Of a stretch of 64,000 nt of DNA, positions 36,429 through 47,100 are shown piece by piece (positions within the stretch are counted from its first letter, which is position 1; the number at the start of each line of letters is the position of its first letter). The stretch is from Opitutia bacterium UBA7876 (GTDB lineage Bacteria > Verrucomicrobiota > Verrucomicrobiia > Opitutales > Seribacteraceae), in assembly GCA_002500665.1 (NCBI GenBank), contig DLRY01000046.1, positions 6,462 to 70,461 of the forward strand, read 5' to 3'. The position numbers and the translations under genes were made by a program. The notes under the pieces were generated by a model. It saw only the letters and a program-made list of their open reading frames with translations. It was not told where the DNA came from and did no database searches.

Positions 36429-37384
36429 CAAAAGCGCCCGTCATCCTCTTTTCCAGCCTGTCTGCCAAGATCTCCCTTTACGAGCAAGTCCTCAGGGGAG
36501 CCAGGATGTTTCACCCAGAAGCCAAGCTCGTCGGAAGCGACAGCAACCCGAACTGCCCGGCGGCCGCGAAGGTGGAGACCTTCACTGAAATGCCTCCGCT
36601 AGATACCCTGGATAAAGATGGCCTGCTCGGGTTTTGCGCAGAATTGGGCATAACCCACGTCATACCTACCAGGGACGGGGAGCTTGACTTCTGGGCCCGC
36701 AACCGAGACGCACTGTACAAACATGGGGTTTCCGTCATGGTTTCCAGCCAGGAGGCCGTCGAGACCTGTCTGGACAAACTGCTTTTCCACAACCAGATGA
36801 AAAGCGCCTCCATTCCTCCTATCCCCACGGTAAAAAACACGGATGAGCTTGGCTCCGAGCGATTCGTAACTAAAGAAAGAAATGGAAGTGCCTCCTATCT
36901 AATCGGTTTGGACCTCGATGCAAAAGAAGCATCGGATCATGCCCTAAAGCTGCAGAACCCGATTTTTCAGCCCATGCTAAAGGGGCCGGAATTCAGTGCC
37001 GAGACTTGGATCGACGCAAGGGGGAAATGCCATGGAATGGTATTGCGATGGCGAAACAAGATCGTGGACGGGGAAGCGCATGAGAGCGAAATCTTCGACA
37101 ATCCAGATTGGGAACGGAGAATGAGGGACACCTTCGAGTCCTTGCCGGGCTTGTCTGGACATGCCTTGGCCCAAGTCATCGTCTCGGACGACCAAAGCCT
37201 TAGCCTGGTGGAAATAAATGCCAGGCTGGGTGGGGCAAGCCCGCTCGCCTTGTCCGCGGACTTGCATTCCATCGAATGGTTCCTGCTCCAGACCGAAAAA
37301 CGGGAATGCGAAATCCCCGAATCCCCAGTTACCAATAAAAACCTGCGCCTAAGCAAAATCAATGGAGAGGTGATCATTTCATGA
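36425..37384 (+). CDS. ATP-grasp ligase (carbamoyl-phosphate-synthase-like small family)
   Basis: Start MTKAPV (ATGA overlap). VIPTRDGEL, CLDKL, KERNGSAS, QPMLKGPEFS, VEINARLGG. Confidence 0.8.
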   Translation: MTKAPVILFSSLSAKISLYEQVLRGARMFHPEAKLVGSDSNPNCPAAAKVETFTEMPPLDTLDKDGLLGFCAELGITHVIPTRDGELDFWARNRDALYKHGVSVMVSSQEAVETCLDKLLFHNQMKSASIPPIPTVKNTDELGSERFVTKERNGSASYLIGLDLDAKEASDHALKLQNPIFQPMLKGPEFSAETWIDARGKCHGMVLRWRNKIVDGEAHESEIFDNPDWERRMRDTFESLPGLSGHALAQVIVSDDQSLSLVEINARLGGASPLALSADLHSIEWFLLQTEKRECEIPESPVTNKNLRLSKINGEVIIS

Positions 37385-37436
37385 TTTGCTTTTCCTTCTC
37401 GACAGACGAAAGCACGCTCTTACTTTGCAGTTTCTG

Positions 37437-38222
37437 ATGTCGGCCAAAACCATAGCCATTGCCAATCAAAAGGGAGGCGTAGGGAAAACCACAACCACCG
37501 TCAACCTAGCGGACGCCCTTGCATCCTCAGGCATGCCCACCCTGATAGTCGACATGGACCCGCAGGCCAATGCCACCAGCGCCCTTGGCTTGGAGAAGAA
37601 ACCCGGCGCAGGCATCTACGAACCGCTGCTGTCGGGGAGCGACTTGTCGGGCAGGGTCATATCGACTAACAGGGAAAACCTCTGGATCGTTCCTTCCGAG
37701 CTTGATCTCGCCGCGGCCGAACTTGAATTGAGCAGCCAACCCAACTACTTGGTCAAGCTCCGCTCCTCCCTCCGCGCACTCTCCCAAAACTATGGTCTTC
37801 ACGCCATTCTCATCGACTGCCCTCCTACCCTCGGCCTTCTCTCCATGAATTCACTCTGCGCCGCCGACTTACTTCTCGTTACCCTGCAATCCGAATACCT
37901 CGCCCTCGAGGGACTCGGGCAGATTGTTGGCGTCGTCAACCAACTTAGGGAATCGGGGGCCAACCCCGGCCTTTCTCTCGGTGGAATCGTCATGACGATG
38001 TACGACAACCGAACCCGACTGTCCTTCGAGGTCTGGCAGGAAGTCAACCTTCACTATCCCGACGAGATCTTCCGCACCGCCATTCCCCGTACCGTCCGCC
38101 TGAGCGAAGCTCCGAGCTTCGGGAAGACCATTTTCGAATATGATCCGAACGGTCCCGGAGCGAAGGCTTATCTCGCCCTCGGTAAGGAAGTCAAATCTCG
38201 TTTCTTCTCTAGCGAATCCTAG
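37437..38222 (+). CDS. parA: ParA/Soj family ATPase
   Basis: IANQKGGVGKTTT, VDMDPQANATS, IDCPPTLG, IPRTVRLSEAPSFG. Confidence 0.93.
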   Translation: MSAKTIAIANQKGGVGKTTTTVNLADALASSGMPTLIVDMDPQANATSALGLEKKPGAGIYEPLLSGSDLSGRVISTNRENLWIVPSELDLAAAELELSSQPNYLVKLRSSLRALSQNYGLHAILIDCPPTLGLLSMNSLCAADLLLVTLQSEYLALEGLGQIVGVVNQLRESGANPGLSLGGIVMTMYDNRTRLSFEVWQEVNLHYPDEIFRTAIPRTVRLSEAPSFGKTIFEYDPNGPGAKAYLALGKEVKSRFFSSES

Positions 38223-38977
38223 TGAAATTTCTGGGAAAGCTGATCTCTTCCGTCAAGGGGAAGAAAAATGCATCCAGTGGAGGGGACTCACTTCCAAGTG
38301 AGTTGCGTGACTTCGAGAGAAGAATAGGATACAGGTTTCGTAATCCCAGACTGCTGATGGATGCCCTTACCCATCCTTCCTTTCATCAACGTAACAAAGA
38401 CAAACCAAACAACCAGAGGCTCGAATTTCTCGGCGACTCGATCCTCGGAGCCATACTTGCGGAAAACCTATACCTTTCCCAACCTGATGCGGATGAAGGC
38501 ATCCTCAGCCAAGCCAAAGCCGCACTGGCCCGGGGAAGCTCACTTGCCGAAGTTTCTCGCAAGCTCAAGCTCGGCTCTTTCCTTCGCATGAGTCCATCTG
38601 AAAAAAGAAACCGTGGCAACGAGAGGGAATCCACCCTAGAGGATGGCCTCGAGGCCCTGATTGGAGCCATTTTCCTGGACGGCGGACTGGAGGCGACGAG
38701 AGAAAAGGTTCTTCTATGGCTCGGCAAACTCGACCTGACCCTTGACCAAGACCAGGACGAAATGAACCCCAAAGGCCGGTTGCAGGAACTCGTCCAGGCA
38801 TCCCGACCAGGAGAGTCAATCCGCTACAAAGTCGAAAGGGAATCCGGCCCACCGCACAAAAAGAGATTCTTCATGTCGGTCATGATCGGAAAGAAAAATT
38901 TCGGACAGGGAGAGGGCAAAAGTAAAAAGGAAGCGGAAGAGCAAGCCGCTAGGCAGGCCTTGAAAAAACTGGATTGA
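38222..38977 (+). CDS. rnc: Ribonuclease III
   Basis: ALTHPS, NQRLEFLGDSIL, EALIGAIFLDGG, dsRBD PKGRLQE...SKKEAEEQAA. Confidence 0.95.
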   Translation: MKFLGKLISSVKGKKNASSGGDSLPSELRDFERRIGYRFRNPRLLMDALTHPSFHQRNKDKPNNQRLEFLGDSILGAILAENLYLSQPDADEGILSQAKAALARGSSLAEVSRKLKLGSFLRMSPSEKRNRGNERESTLEDGLEALIGAIFLDGGLEATREKVLLWLGKLDLTLDQDQDEMNPKGRLQELVQASRPGESIRYKVERESGPPHKKRFFMSVMIGKKNFGQGEGKSKKEAEEQAARQALKKLD

Positions 38978-38995
38978 CCCCAAACCCTTTCAAGC

Positions 38996-41900
38996 GTGAA
39001 GCGAATCCTTCTGCCCGAGAACGCAAACGCCCTCTTCCTCTCTTGCGTGCCCGAGTCCGCGACATCGGCCGTGGCGGCCAATGAAATCATCGGATCTGGC
39101 AAACACATTACGATCCTCGTGGAGGAGGACCTGCCCAAGGCGGAGGAATGGGCCGAGGACGTAACCGGCATCATGGAATGCCTCCGGCCCGATTTACGCG
39201 TTGATTTCCATACCTTCGACCACCCCCCCGAAAGCTCTAACCCGGATGCTTTCGAGCGTACCTGCGACCGGATTGCAACGCTAAGCTCGCTACTTGACCT
39301 TTCCAAGGGGAAGAGCGCCGACGGTGTGCTTGTTCTCATAGCCACGACCCCGGACGCCATCCTAAGTCCCTGTCCAATTCTCGAGAAGCGAAGCCAATCT
39401 GAGCTAAACCTTGCCCCGGGAGCTCGAGTTGACTTTGAGGAATTCTGCTCAGCTCTAGGTGAAAAGCTGGGGTATTCATCCGAAATCCTATGCGAGGAAC
39501 CCGGGCAATTCGCTGTCCGCGGAGGACTTGTGGACGTCTATCCCGTAAACGGTCGCGAACCCGTCCGCATCGATTTTTTTGGCGATGAGGTAGAGGAGGT
39601 GCGGGCCTTTGACCCAACCTCACAAAGAACGACCGCAAAGGTATCCAGCGTAACCATATCTTCATCGGAAACTTCTGAGTTCCCTGAAAGAGAAGGCGAA
39701 TTCTTCCGCTACCTTCGAAATCCGGCTCTATGGATCTTCCGAGAACCCGAACAGCTTGTTTCCCGCTTCCCCCTTTGTTTTCACGAACCAGACCGAGAGA
39801 GCCACGCCAAGGCGAATTTCTCCCTCTCTTGGAAGAAAAGTTTGGATGACCGCTTTCTCGGGACAAGTGAAATAGCCGCAGGATCGGGTATTTTCGAGAG
39901 TTCTCCTACCGACTCTCCAACTATAGAGAGTCTCTCGGACTTCAGGGGGCCGTCCACCCAATCTTCTCTTAGCCTGGAAAGGCTCGAGGACGAAAAATTC
40001 ATGAGGACGAGCTTTCTCCACAAGCTTTTGCTCAAGCAACAGGCAGACCACGAGATCATTATTGCCGCGGGAGCGGAATCGGAAACCAAGAGAATCCTTG
40101 AAATCATTGCAGACGAAAGCTCTCTTTCCAAGCTCTCTCCACGTTTCCTTCCCGTTGGACTTAGGGAAGGTTTCCTTTGCGGCCCCGCGAACAACTCCTT
40201 TTTGTCTTTTCTTCGGAAAAAACCGGAGAAAGGCCTCGTCGTGGCCACCTCACGCGAAATCCTCGGGCGCGAGCGCAGCAGGCGGGTCACAAGATCAAGA
40301 AAGGCCCTCGCCCAGAGGAGGGAAGTCGACCAAGCCCTCGACTTCTCCGAACTGGTGGAAGGAGACTACCTCGTTCACCACCAGCACGGAATCTGTCGTT
40401 TCAGGGCCTTGGGAAAAATTGAGGACGAAGAAAGGCGGGAGGAAGCCATTACGGCGGAATTCGCGGACGGACTGCTTCTTCACGTGCCCCTTCAGGAGTC
40501 CCATCTCTTGTCACGCTACGTAGGCCTTCGAAAAGCCAAGCCCAAACTTGCCAAACTGGGAGGGCGAGCCTGGACTCGAACCAGACAGGCTGCGGAGATG
40601 GCGGCCCTCGACCTGGCCGCCGACCTGCTCCGCCTGCAGGCTTCCCGCGAGACCCAAGGAGGAAATGCCTTCGCCCCCGACGACCAGTGGCAAAAGGAAT
40701 TTGAGGATGCGTTCCCCTTCACTGAGACAACGGACCAACTCAAGGCGATCGAGCAAACGAAAATCGACATGGAGAAGGACCAACCGATGGACCGACTGGT
40801 CTGCGGGGACGTTGGATTCGGCAAAACCGAGGTGGCTATTCGGGCCGCCTTCAAAGCGGTCATGGATGGGAAGCAGGTGGCTATCCTTGCCCCCACCACC
40901 ATCCTTTGCCAGCAACACCTCAATGTGTTCAGGGAACGCATGCGCGACTATCCGGTGATGCTCGAGATGCTCACACGATTCCGAAGCCCAGGAGAACAAA
41001 AGAAGATACTCCAGGCCACAAGGGAGGGCTCCATCGACATTCTAATCGGTACTCACAGAATACTCGGCAATGATCTCGTATTTCATGATCTCGGACTCCT
41101 AGTGGTGGACGAGGAACAGCGGTTCGGGGTTCGACACAAGGAGACGATCAAACGCCTTAGGGCAAGCGTGGACGTCCTGACCCTTACCGCGACGCCGATA
41201 CCACGAACCCTTTACTTTGCAATGGTGGGAGCGAGATCGCTTAGCGCTATCGAGACCGCCCCAGTCAACCGCTGGCCCATCAAGACTGAGGTCGTGAGAC
41301 ATTCGCCCGACGTCGTCCGCAGGGCCGTACAAACGGAGATTCGACGTGGAGGACAGGTCTTTTACCTCCACAATCGCGTAAAGACCATCGACGCGGTTGC
41401 GAGGAAACTCCAGATCCAGTTTCCCGACCTCCGCATTGCAATCGGACATGGGCAGATGAGCGAAGATGAACTCGAATTGGTAATGACCGAATTCGTAGCC
41501 GGAGACTACGACCTGCTCGTCTGCACGACAATCATCGAGTCGGGACTGGATATCCCCAACTGCAACACGATCATCATCGAGGGAGCCGACAAGTTCGGCC
41601 TGTCCCAACTTTATCAACTACGCGGCAGGGTCGGTCGGTTCAACCGCCAAGCCTACGCCTATCTCCTGCTCAATCGGGGCGTCCCGGTATCCGACCAAGC
41701 AAGAAAAAGGCTTTCCGCCCTGCGACAAACCAACACTTTTGGAGCGGGTTTCAGAATAGCCCTCCGGGACCTGGAGCTTCGCGGGGCGGGAAACCTGCTT
41801 GGTAGCGAGCAAAGCGGGCACGTCGCGGGAATCGGCTTTGAACTTTACTGTAGACTGTTGAGAGAAAGCGTTTCTCGCCTCAAAGGCGATGAAGTCAGCC

Positions 41901-42373
41901 TGCGGCCGACCGCAGCCGTTCGTTTGGATTTCCTTGCATCGGGAGAAGGAGAAGAAAACGTCAAGCCGAAGGAAACCCTTTCCCTAGGAGCCTTTCTTCC
42001 CGAGAGCTATACGTCCGAAGCCAGGCTGAGAATTGACGGCTATCGGAAACTTTCCCGCATGAGGACGATCGGCGAAGTCGACGAGTTCGAAGAAGAACTT
42101 GCGGACCGCTTCGGAAAGCCACCCCCAGAGGTCGTCGCCTTGCTTGACGAGACTCGCATCAGGTGCCTTTGCGAGGAAGCGGGCTTCGATCAATTGGAGA
42201 CCACAAACTCCGAATTATTCTGTCGACATGCAAAGCGAGGAAAAAACAATGAAAAAACCTACCATCGAGTTCTGGGAAGGATTCCCAAACTTTCTTCGAA
42301 AGACCCACTTTTGAAGTTGAAGGAAATCTCGTCCTTTTTAAAACTGATCCTGCATGGGAATAAAAACAAGTAA
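38996..42373 (+). CDS. mfd: Transcription-repair coupling factor
   Basis: AVRGGLVDVYP, GDYLVHHQHGI, CGDVGFGKTEVA, DEEQRFGV, QLYQLRGRVGR, DLELRGAGNLLG. Confidence 0.96.
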   Translation: MKRILLPENANALFLSCVPESATSAVAANEIIGSGKHITILVEEDLPKAEEWAEDVTGIMECLRPDLRVDFHTFDHPPESSNPDAFERTCDRIATLSSLLDLSKGKSADGVLVLIATTPDAILSPCPILEKRSQSELNLAPGARVDFEEFCSALGEKLGYSSEILCEEPGQFAVRGGLVDVYPVNGREPVRIDFFGDEVEEVRAFDPTSQRTTAKVSSVTISSSETSEFPEREGEFFRYLRNPALWIFREPEQLVSRFPLCFHEPDRESHAKANFSLSWKKSLDDRFLGTSEIAAGSGIFESSPTDSPTIESLSDFRGPSTQSSLSLERLEDEKFMRTSFLHKLLLKQQADHEIIIAAGAESETKRILEIIADESSLSKLSPRFLPVGLREGFLCGPANNSFLSFLRKKPEKGLVVATSREILGRERSRRVTRSRKALAQRREVDQALDFSELVEGDYLVHHQHGICRFRALGKIEDEERREEAITAEFADGLLLHVPLQESHLLSRYVGLRKAKPKLAKLGGRAWTRTRQAAEMAALDLAADLLRLQASRETQGGNAFAPDDQWQKEFEDAFPFTETTDQLKAIEQTKIDMEKDQPMDRLVCGDVGFGKTEVAIRAAFKAVMDGKQVAILAPTTILCQQHLNVFRERMRDYPVMLEMLTRFRSPGEQKKILQATREGSIDILIGTHRILGNDLVFHDLGLLVVDEEQRFGVRHKETIKRLRASVDVLTLTATPIPRTLYFAMVGARSLSAIETAPVNRWPIKTEVVRHSPDVVRRAVQTEIRRGGQVFYLHNRVKTIDAVARKLQIQFPDLRIAIGHGQMSEDELELVMTEFVAGDYDLLVCTTIIESGLDIPNCNTIIIEGADKFGLSQLYQLRGRVGRFNRQAYAYLLLNRGVPVSDQARKRLSALRQTNTFGAGFRIALRDLELRGAGNLLGSEQSGHVAGIGFELYCRLLRESVSRLKGDEVSLRPTAAVRLDFLASGEGEENVKPKETLSLGAFLPESYTSEARLRIDGYRKLSRMRTIGEVDEFEEELADRFGKPPPEVVALLDETRIRCLCEEAGFDQLETTNSELFCRHAKRGKNNEKTYHRVLGRIPKLSSKDPLLKLKEISSFLKLILHGNKNK

Positions 42374-43370
42374 CTCGACGATCCGCACGGCATGCCTTCT
42401 CTCGCTCGCCATTGCATGCCTATCGACCTCGCTGAAGGCTGAATTGATCGAAATCAACCGGGTGGTTGCAAAAGTTAACGAGCGCATCGTTACCTGGGGT
42501 GAAATCGACTCCGCGATGACCCGGCTTAATTTCTCGGATGAAGAGCGCGCCCAAAGAGCTCCCGAATTCGTGGACGGCAAGATCGACCGCCTGCTCTCCA
42601 TTGCCGCCTTCAGGGAGAAGGGCATGGTCATTCCCGAGACCTTCATAGAGCAGGAGTACAACAAGCGTCTGATACGGGACTTCAACGGTGACAGAAAGTT
42701 GTTTCGGGACGTGCTTAGAAGCAACGGTCAGTCCCAACTGGAATTCAGGAAGGACTTGGAGGAACAGATCATCTACACCCACATGCTATCCACAAGGAGA
42801 AGGCTCAAGGAGGAGATTAGTCCTGAGAAAGTGGAGAAATACTACCGCGACAATCCCGATCTCTTCAAGACCGCGGCAAAGATCGGTCTTCGGGAAATCG
42901 TCTTTTCTCAAATAGCCGGAGAACCTCAGGCCGTACTGTTGCAGCAGGCAGGAAAGGTCCTTGAAAAATTGAAGGAAGGTACTTCCTTCGAGGCCCTTGC
43001 CAAGAACAACGGTCAAAGTCCCTTTCGTGAGAAAGGCGGCGACTGGGGCGTCATGGTATCGGAAAGGGAGATTAGGAGCGAAGAAATAAGGGAAAAGGCA
43101 TTTTCATTGAAGGAAGGTGAAGTCTCAGAACCCTTCGTCGTCGATATCCTGCAGAGGAATGAGGATGGGACGGTTAGGAAATCGGGAAAATTCGCCGTCT
43201 ATGTGCTTCAGGTGAAAAAAAGGGAGACCTCAGGTCGCAAGCCATTGGACGAGGTGCGTTCGGAAATCGAGCGAAGCCTTGCCGCGGAGTTCGAGTCCCA
43301 AAGCCAGAGGCAATGGCTAGGACGCCTCAAGAAAGAGGCCTACATCCGGGTGAGCCTCCCCGAGAAGTAA
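42354..43370 (+). CDS. SurA/PpiC-type peptidyl-prolyl isomerase
   Basis: Signal peptide, RVVAKVNERIVTW, SFEALAK...KGGDWG, LKEGEVSEP. Confidence 0.88.
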   Translation: MGIKTSNSTIRTACLLSLAIACLSTSLKAELIEINRVVAKVNERIVTWGEIDSAMTRLNFSDEERAQRAPEFVDGKIDRLLSIAAFREKGMVIPETFIEQEYNKRLIRDFNGDRKLFRDVLRSNGQSQLEFRKDLEEQIIYTHMLSTRRRLKEEISPEKVEKYYRDNPDLFKTAAKIGLREIVFSQIAGEPQAVLLQQAGKVLEKLKEGTSFEALAKNNGQSPFREKGGDWGVMVSEREIRSEEIREKAFSLKEGEVSEPFVVDILQRNEDGTVRKSGKFAVYVLQVKKRETSGRKPLDEVRSEIERSLAAEFESQSQRQWLGRLKKEAYIRVSLPEK

Positions 43371-43401
43371 TCCTTTTCCTCATCCTCCCGAATCTCCCCG
43401 A

Positions 43402-44121
43402 ATGTCGACTGGAAGCGGCCGTCCTCATGGCCTGAGGGATCTGCCCCTTGAGGAGAGGCCCCAAGAACGGTTGGAGAGGCATGGCCCCGCCCCCCTTTCG
43501 GATAAGGAACTTCTGGCTATGCTGATCCGTTCGGGAACGGCGGGCAGGGACGTTCTCGCCTTGGCCGAAGATCTCATAAGAGAAGCCGGTTCCCTCGCTG
43601 GGTTATTGCGCTGGGACGTCACTGATTTTAAGCGGATCAAGGGCATAGGTAAGATAAAGGCTTTACAACTTTCCACCTATGTTGAGATCGCGAAGCGGAT
43701 GATGAACTCGGAAAGGATAAGAAACGCGCCCCTGCATGACTCGAGGTCGGTATGGGAATTCCTTTACCCGGAAGTCAGATCGGATTCGGTGGAGCGCGTT
43801 TGGGTTCTTTGTCTCGATCGAAAGAACAAGCTCCTCCGTGCGGAAGCCGTAACTTCAGGAACCGCATCCGGCAGCTTCGTTCATGCCCGCGAGGTCTTCC
43901 GCCCTGCCATCCGTCATGGAGCCTCGGCCGTCATCATCGCACACAATCATCCCAGCGGTGATCCCTCGCCAAGCGCGGCAGACGTCCGTGTTACCCAAAA
44001 ATTACGGCGGGCAGCGGAGCACCTGGATATCGAGTTGCACGACCACGTCATCATCGGCGAACCCGAGAGCGACCCCACCGGCCTCGGCTACTACAGCTTC
44101 TTGGAAAACGGCATGCCTTGA
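43402..44121 (+). CDS. radC: RadC/JAB-domain protein
   Basis: PQERLERHG..LSDKELLA, REVFRPA, HNHPSGDPSPS..D, LHDHVIIG. Confidence 0.95.
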   Translation: MSTGSGRPHGLRDLPLEERPQERLERHGPAPLSDKELLAMLIRSGTAGRDVLALAEDLIREAGSLAGLLRWDVTDFKRIKGIGKIKALQLSTYVEIAKRMMNSERIRNAPLHDSRSVWEFLYPEVRSDSVERVWVLCLDRKNKLLRAEAVTSGTASGSFVHAREVFRPAIRHGASAVIIAHNHPSGDPSPSAADVRVTQKLRRAAEHLDIELHDHVIIGEPESDPTGLGYYSFLENGMP

Positions 44122-44186
44122 AGCCTATCGGTGCAAAAGCCGACGAAGATCTTTAGGAATTTGACGATCGTCATCTTCCCTGCAAG

Positions 44187-47100
44187 ATGACCCGAATGAT
44201 GCCCAGACCCTCACTCCCCGCCTTAGCGGCTCTTTTTCTGGCCCAAGCTTTGCCTGCTTTCGAATTGAAGAATAACGACGTCCTGGTCATGGTCGGCCCG
44301 ACCCTGATCGAAAGAATGTCCGAGTACGGCTACTTCGAGAACGCCCTCCTCAACGCCTACCCGGACTACAACCTGAAGGTAAGGAACTTGGGCTGGTCCG
44401 GGGACGACGTCCGTGGGAAATCAAGGGGTTACGACAAGCCGAGAGACGGATACGCCAACCTGATCAAGCAAATCAAGGAGGCAAACCCAACCGTCCTCCT
44501 TCTCGCTTACGGTGGAGTTGAAGCCTGGAACGATTCACGGGAGAAATTCCGAAGCGACTACCAAAGGCTTCTCGACGACTTGAAAGGATTGGGAGCCCGA
44601 ACCGCCCTTCTTTCGCCACCTTTGCAAGAAGCTTGGCCGTCCCCTATGCCCGACCCCGCTGCCTACAATGTCGGGGTATGGGAATTCTCCCGCTCCATCA
44701 AGGAATTGTGCGCGGCAAACAAGCATCTTTTCATCGACCTGACCAAACTCTACCCGGCCAAACCCAAGAGGGGCGAGAGACATACCTCGAATTCACTGCA
44801 CCTCAACGCAAGGGGCTACCGGAAATTAGCGAGGCATCTAATGAAATCCATGGCTAAGAATTCCAAACAGGCCAACTTCGACGCACCCCTCCACGAATTC
44901 GTACGCAGTGAGCTCAGGCGCAAAAACGAGCTCTTCTTCCACAGCTGGCGGCCACAAAACCAAACTTACCTTTTCAGTTTCCGTAAGCACGAGCAGGGAA
45001 GAAACGCCGCCGACCTGCCTAAGTTCCTGCCTTATGTCGAAGAAGCGGAGAAAGTGGTGGCGAAAGCCTTGCAAAGCGGATCCTTCCCCACTCAAACTCC
45101 CCCACCCATAGGAAACTGGGAGGACATTAAACCTTCCGCAAAGGCCCTTTCCGCAGGCAAGGACATCAAGATCCCAGACGATCTTTCCCTCAACCTCTTC
45201 GCTTCCGAGCCGGCTATCCGCAACCCCACCCAGTGCGCCTGGGACGAAAGAGGCCGCCTCTGGGTCGCCACTGCGGAAAGCTACCCCCAGATACTTCCCG
45301 GGTTCCTGGCCAACGACAAGATCGTAGTACTCGAAGACACGGACGGCGACGGGCAAGCCGACCGGAGGAAGGTCTTCGCCGAAGGGCTCCTCATGCCCAC
45401 GGCCATTCTACCAGGCCATGGCGGGGTTTACGTCGGCACCTCCACCCAAGTTCTTCACCTCAAGGATACCAACGGTGACGGAAAAGCCGACGCTAGGAAA
45501 ATTCTAGTTTCGGGACTCGGCACGGAAGACACCCACCACATCGTCCACAGCCTCCGCCATACGGAAGAAGGCAAGATAGCCTTCAACCAGTCCATCTACA
45601 TCAACACCTATTCGGAAACTCCCTGGGGACCTAGGGAACTCATGAAGAGCGGAGCCTGGGAATTCGATCCTCATACCCACAGGCTGGAAATCTTCGCCAC
45701 GGGTCTCATCAACCCCTGGGGATTCGAATCCGATCCTTGGGGCGAATGCTTCATGACCGATGGGGCGGGTGGCGAGGGCATCAACCACGTATTCCGGGGA
45801 TCGGGCTTCAAGACCTCCAGCCTGTTCGACCGCTCGGAGGTTCTGAACGGGTTAAACCCGGGACAGCCCAAGCTCTGCGGCCTCGCTATCCTCAACACAA
45901 GTATTTTCCCGGAGAAATACCGCGGACTCCTGGTGGCCAATGATTTTCGCGGACACCGCACGGTGAGCTTTCGCCTTTCACCAAGTGGAAGCTCCTTCCT
46001 ATCCACCCAGAAAATAGACTTGGCCAAGACCGGCTCGGGCGGACTGGACAGGCTTGGGCAAGGGGGAATGTTTCGTCCCATCGACGTGGACGTCGGGTTG
46101 GACGGGGCCCTGTACCTGACCGACTGGTCCAACCTCATCATCCAGCATGGCGAGGTCGATTTCCGGGACAAGCGAAGGGACCAAGAGCATGGGCGAATCT
46201 GGAGACTGGCGCCCAAGGGAGGACAAGTCCTTGAGCTAAATCAGCTTCACCTTCTTTCCGCCGCAAAGCTGCTTGAGGTCCTGCAGGACGGGGAACCTTT
46301 GGCGAGAAGAGTCGCCAGGCGTCTGCTCACCGAAGCCACGGACCCTGGAGTCGACGAGATTGCAAACAGCGCAATTCGGAATGCGACCGATGCAGGCAAA
46401 ACCCTCGAACTGGTCTGGTTGCTGAAGTCCCGCAGGCTGACCGTTCCCCGGGCTGCCCTCGACTTGCTTGGTTCGGCCAAGGAACCCGCGATCCGGGTTG
46501 CCGCTCTCAGGCTAGGGCTTTCGCCCGCTCCTTTCGTGTACGACCCCCATCCAAGAGTCAGGCTTGCCGCTCTCGTGGCTCTTGGGCAAGTCGGCACGGC
46601 TCAGGCGGCGGAACGGGCAATTAGGGCGGTTGATCTGGATATGGACAAACCCCTGACTTTTGCCCTTCGGGAAACGCTCAGGGCACTGAGGTCTCATTGG
46701 GAGGGAAAATCATCTTTTTCGAATAACCCCGCATATCTTTCCGCAATCGTCGAGCTAACGGGTAGCGAGGCTCCCCTGAAAAGCCTACTTGCCCAAGTAA
46801 CGGGAAAGCACGCCAACCACGGGCAAGATCATTCAGCCAAGCTACCAATTTACGCTTCCTTGGCCCGCATTGGGAAAGCCGAGCATCTAAACGCCCTGTA
46901 CGATCTCGCCTGCGACTCTTCCTGCTCGGTTGACTTCAGAAGAAAAACCCTTGGTTTGTTGATCCAGGCGAAGAAGGAAAGAAACCTCAAACCGACCTCG
47001 GTTCCGCCCCAATCCTTGTTGAACCTTTTCCAGGAAAAGGCCCTCGCCAAGGAAGCCATTCTTTTGGGAGCGGCATGGAAGCACAGTGAAGCCTTTGCCC

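Noticed and set aside
43402-44121. radC as a marker of a mobile or anti-restriction island
   Set aside because: It is the full-length chromosomal form in a housekeeping run (rnc, mfd, SurA-like) with no mobile neighbours.
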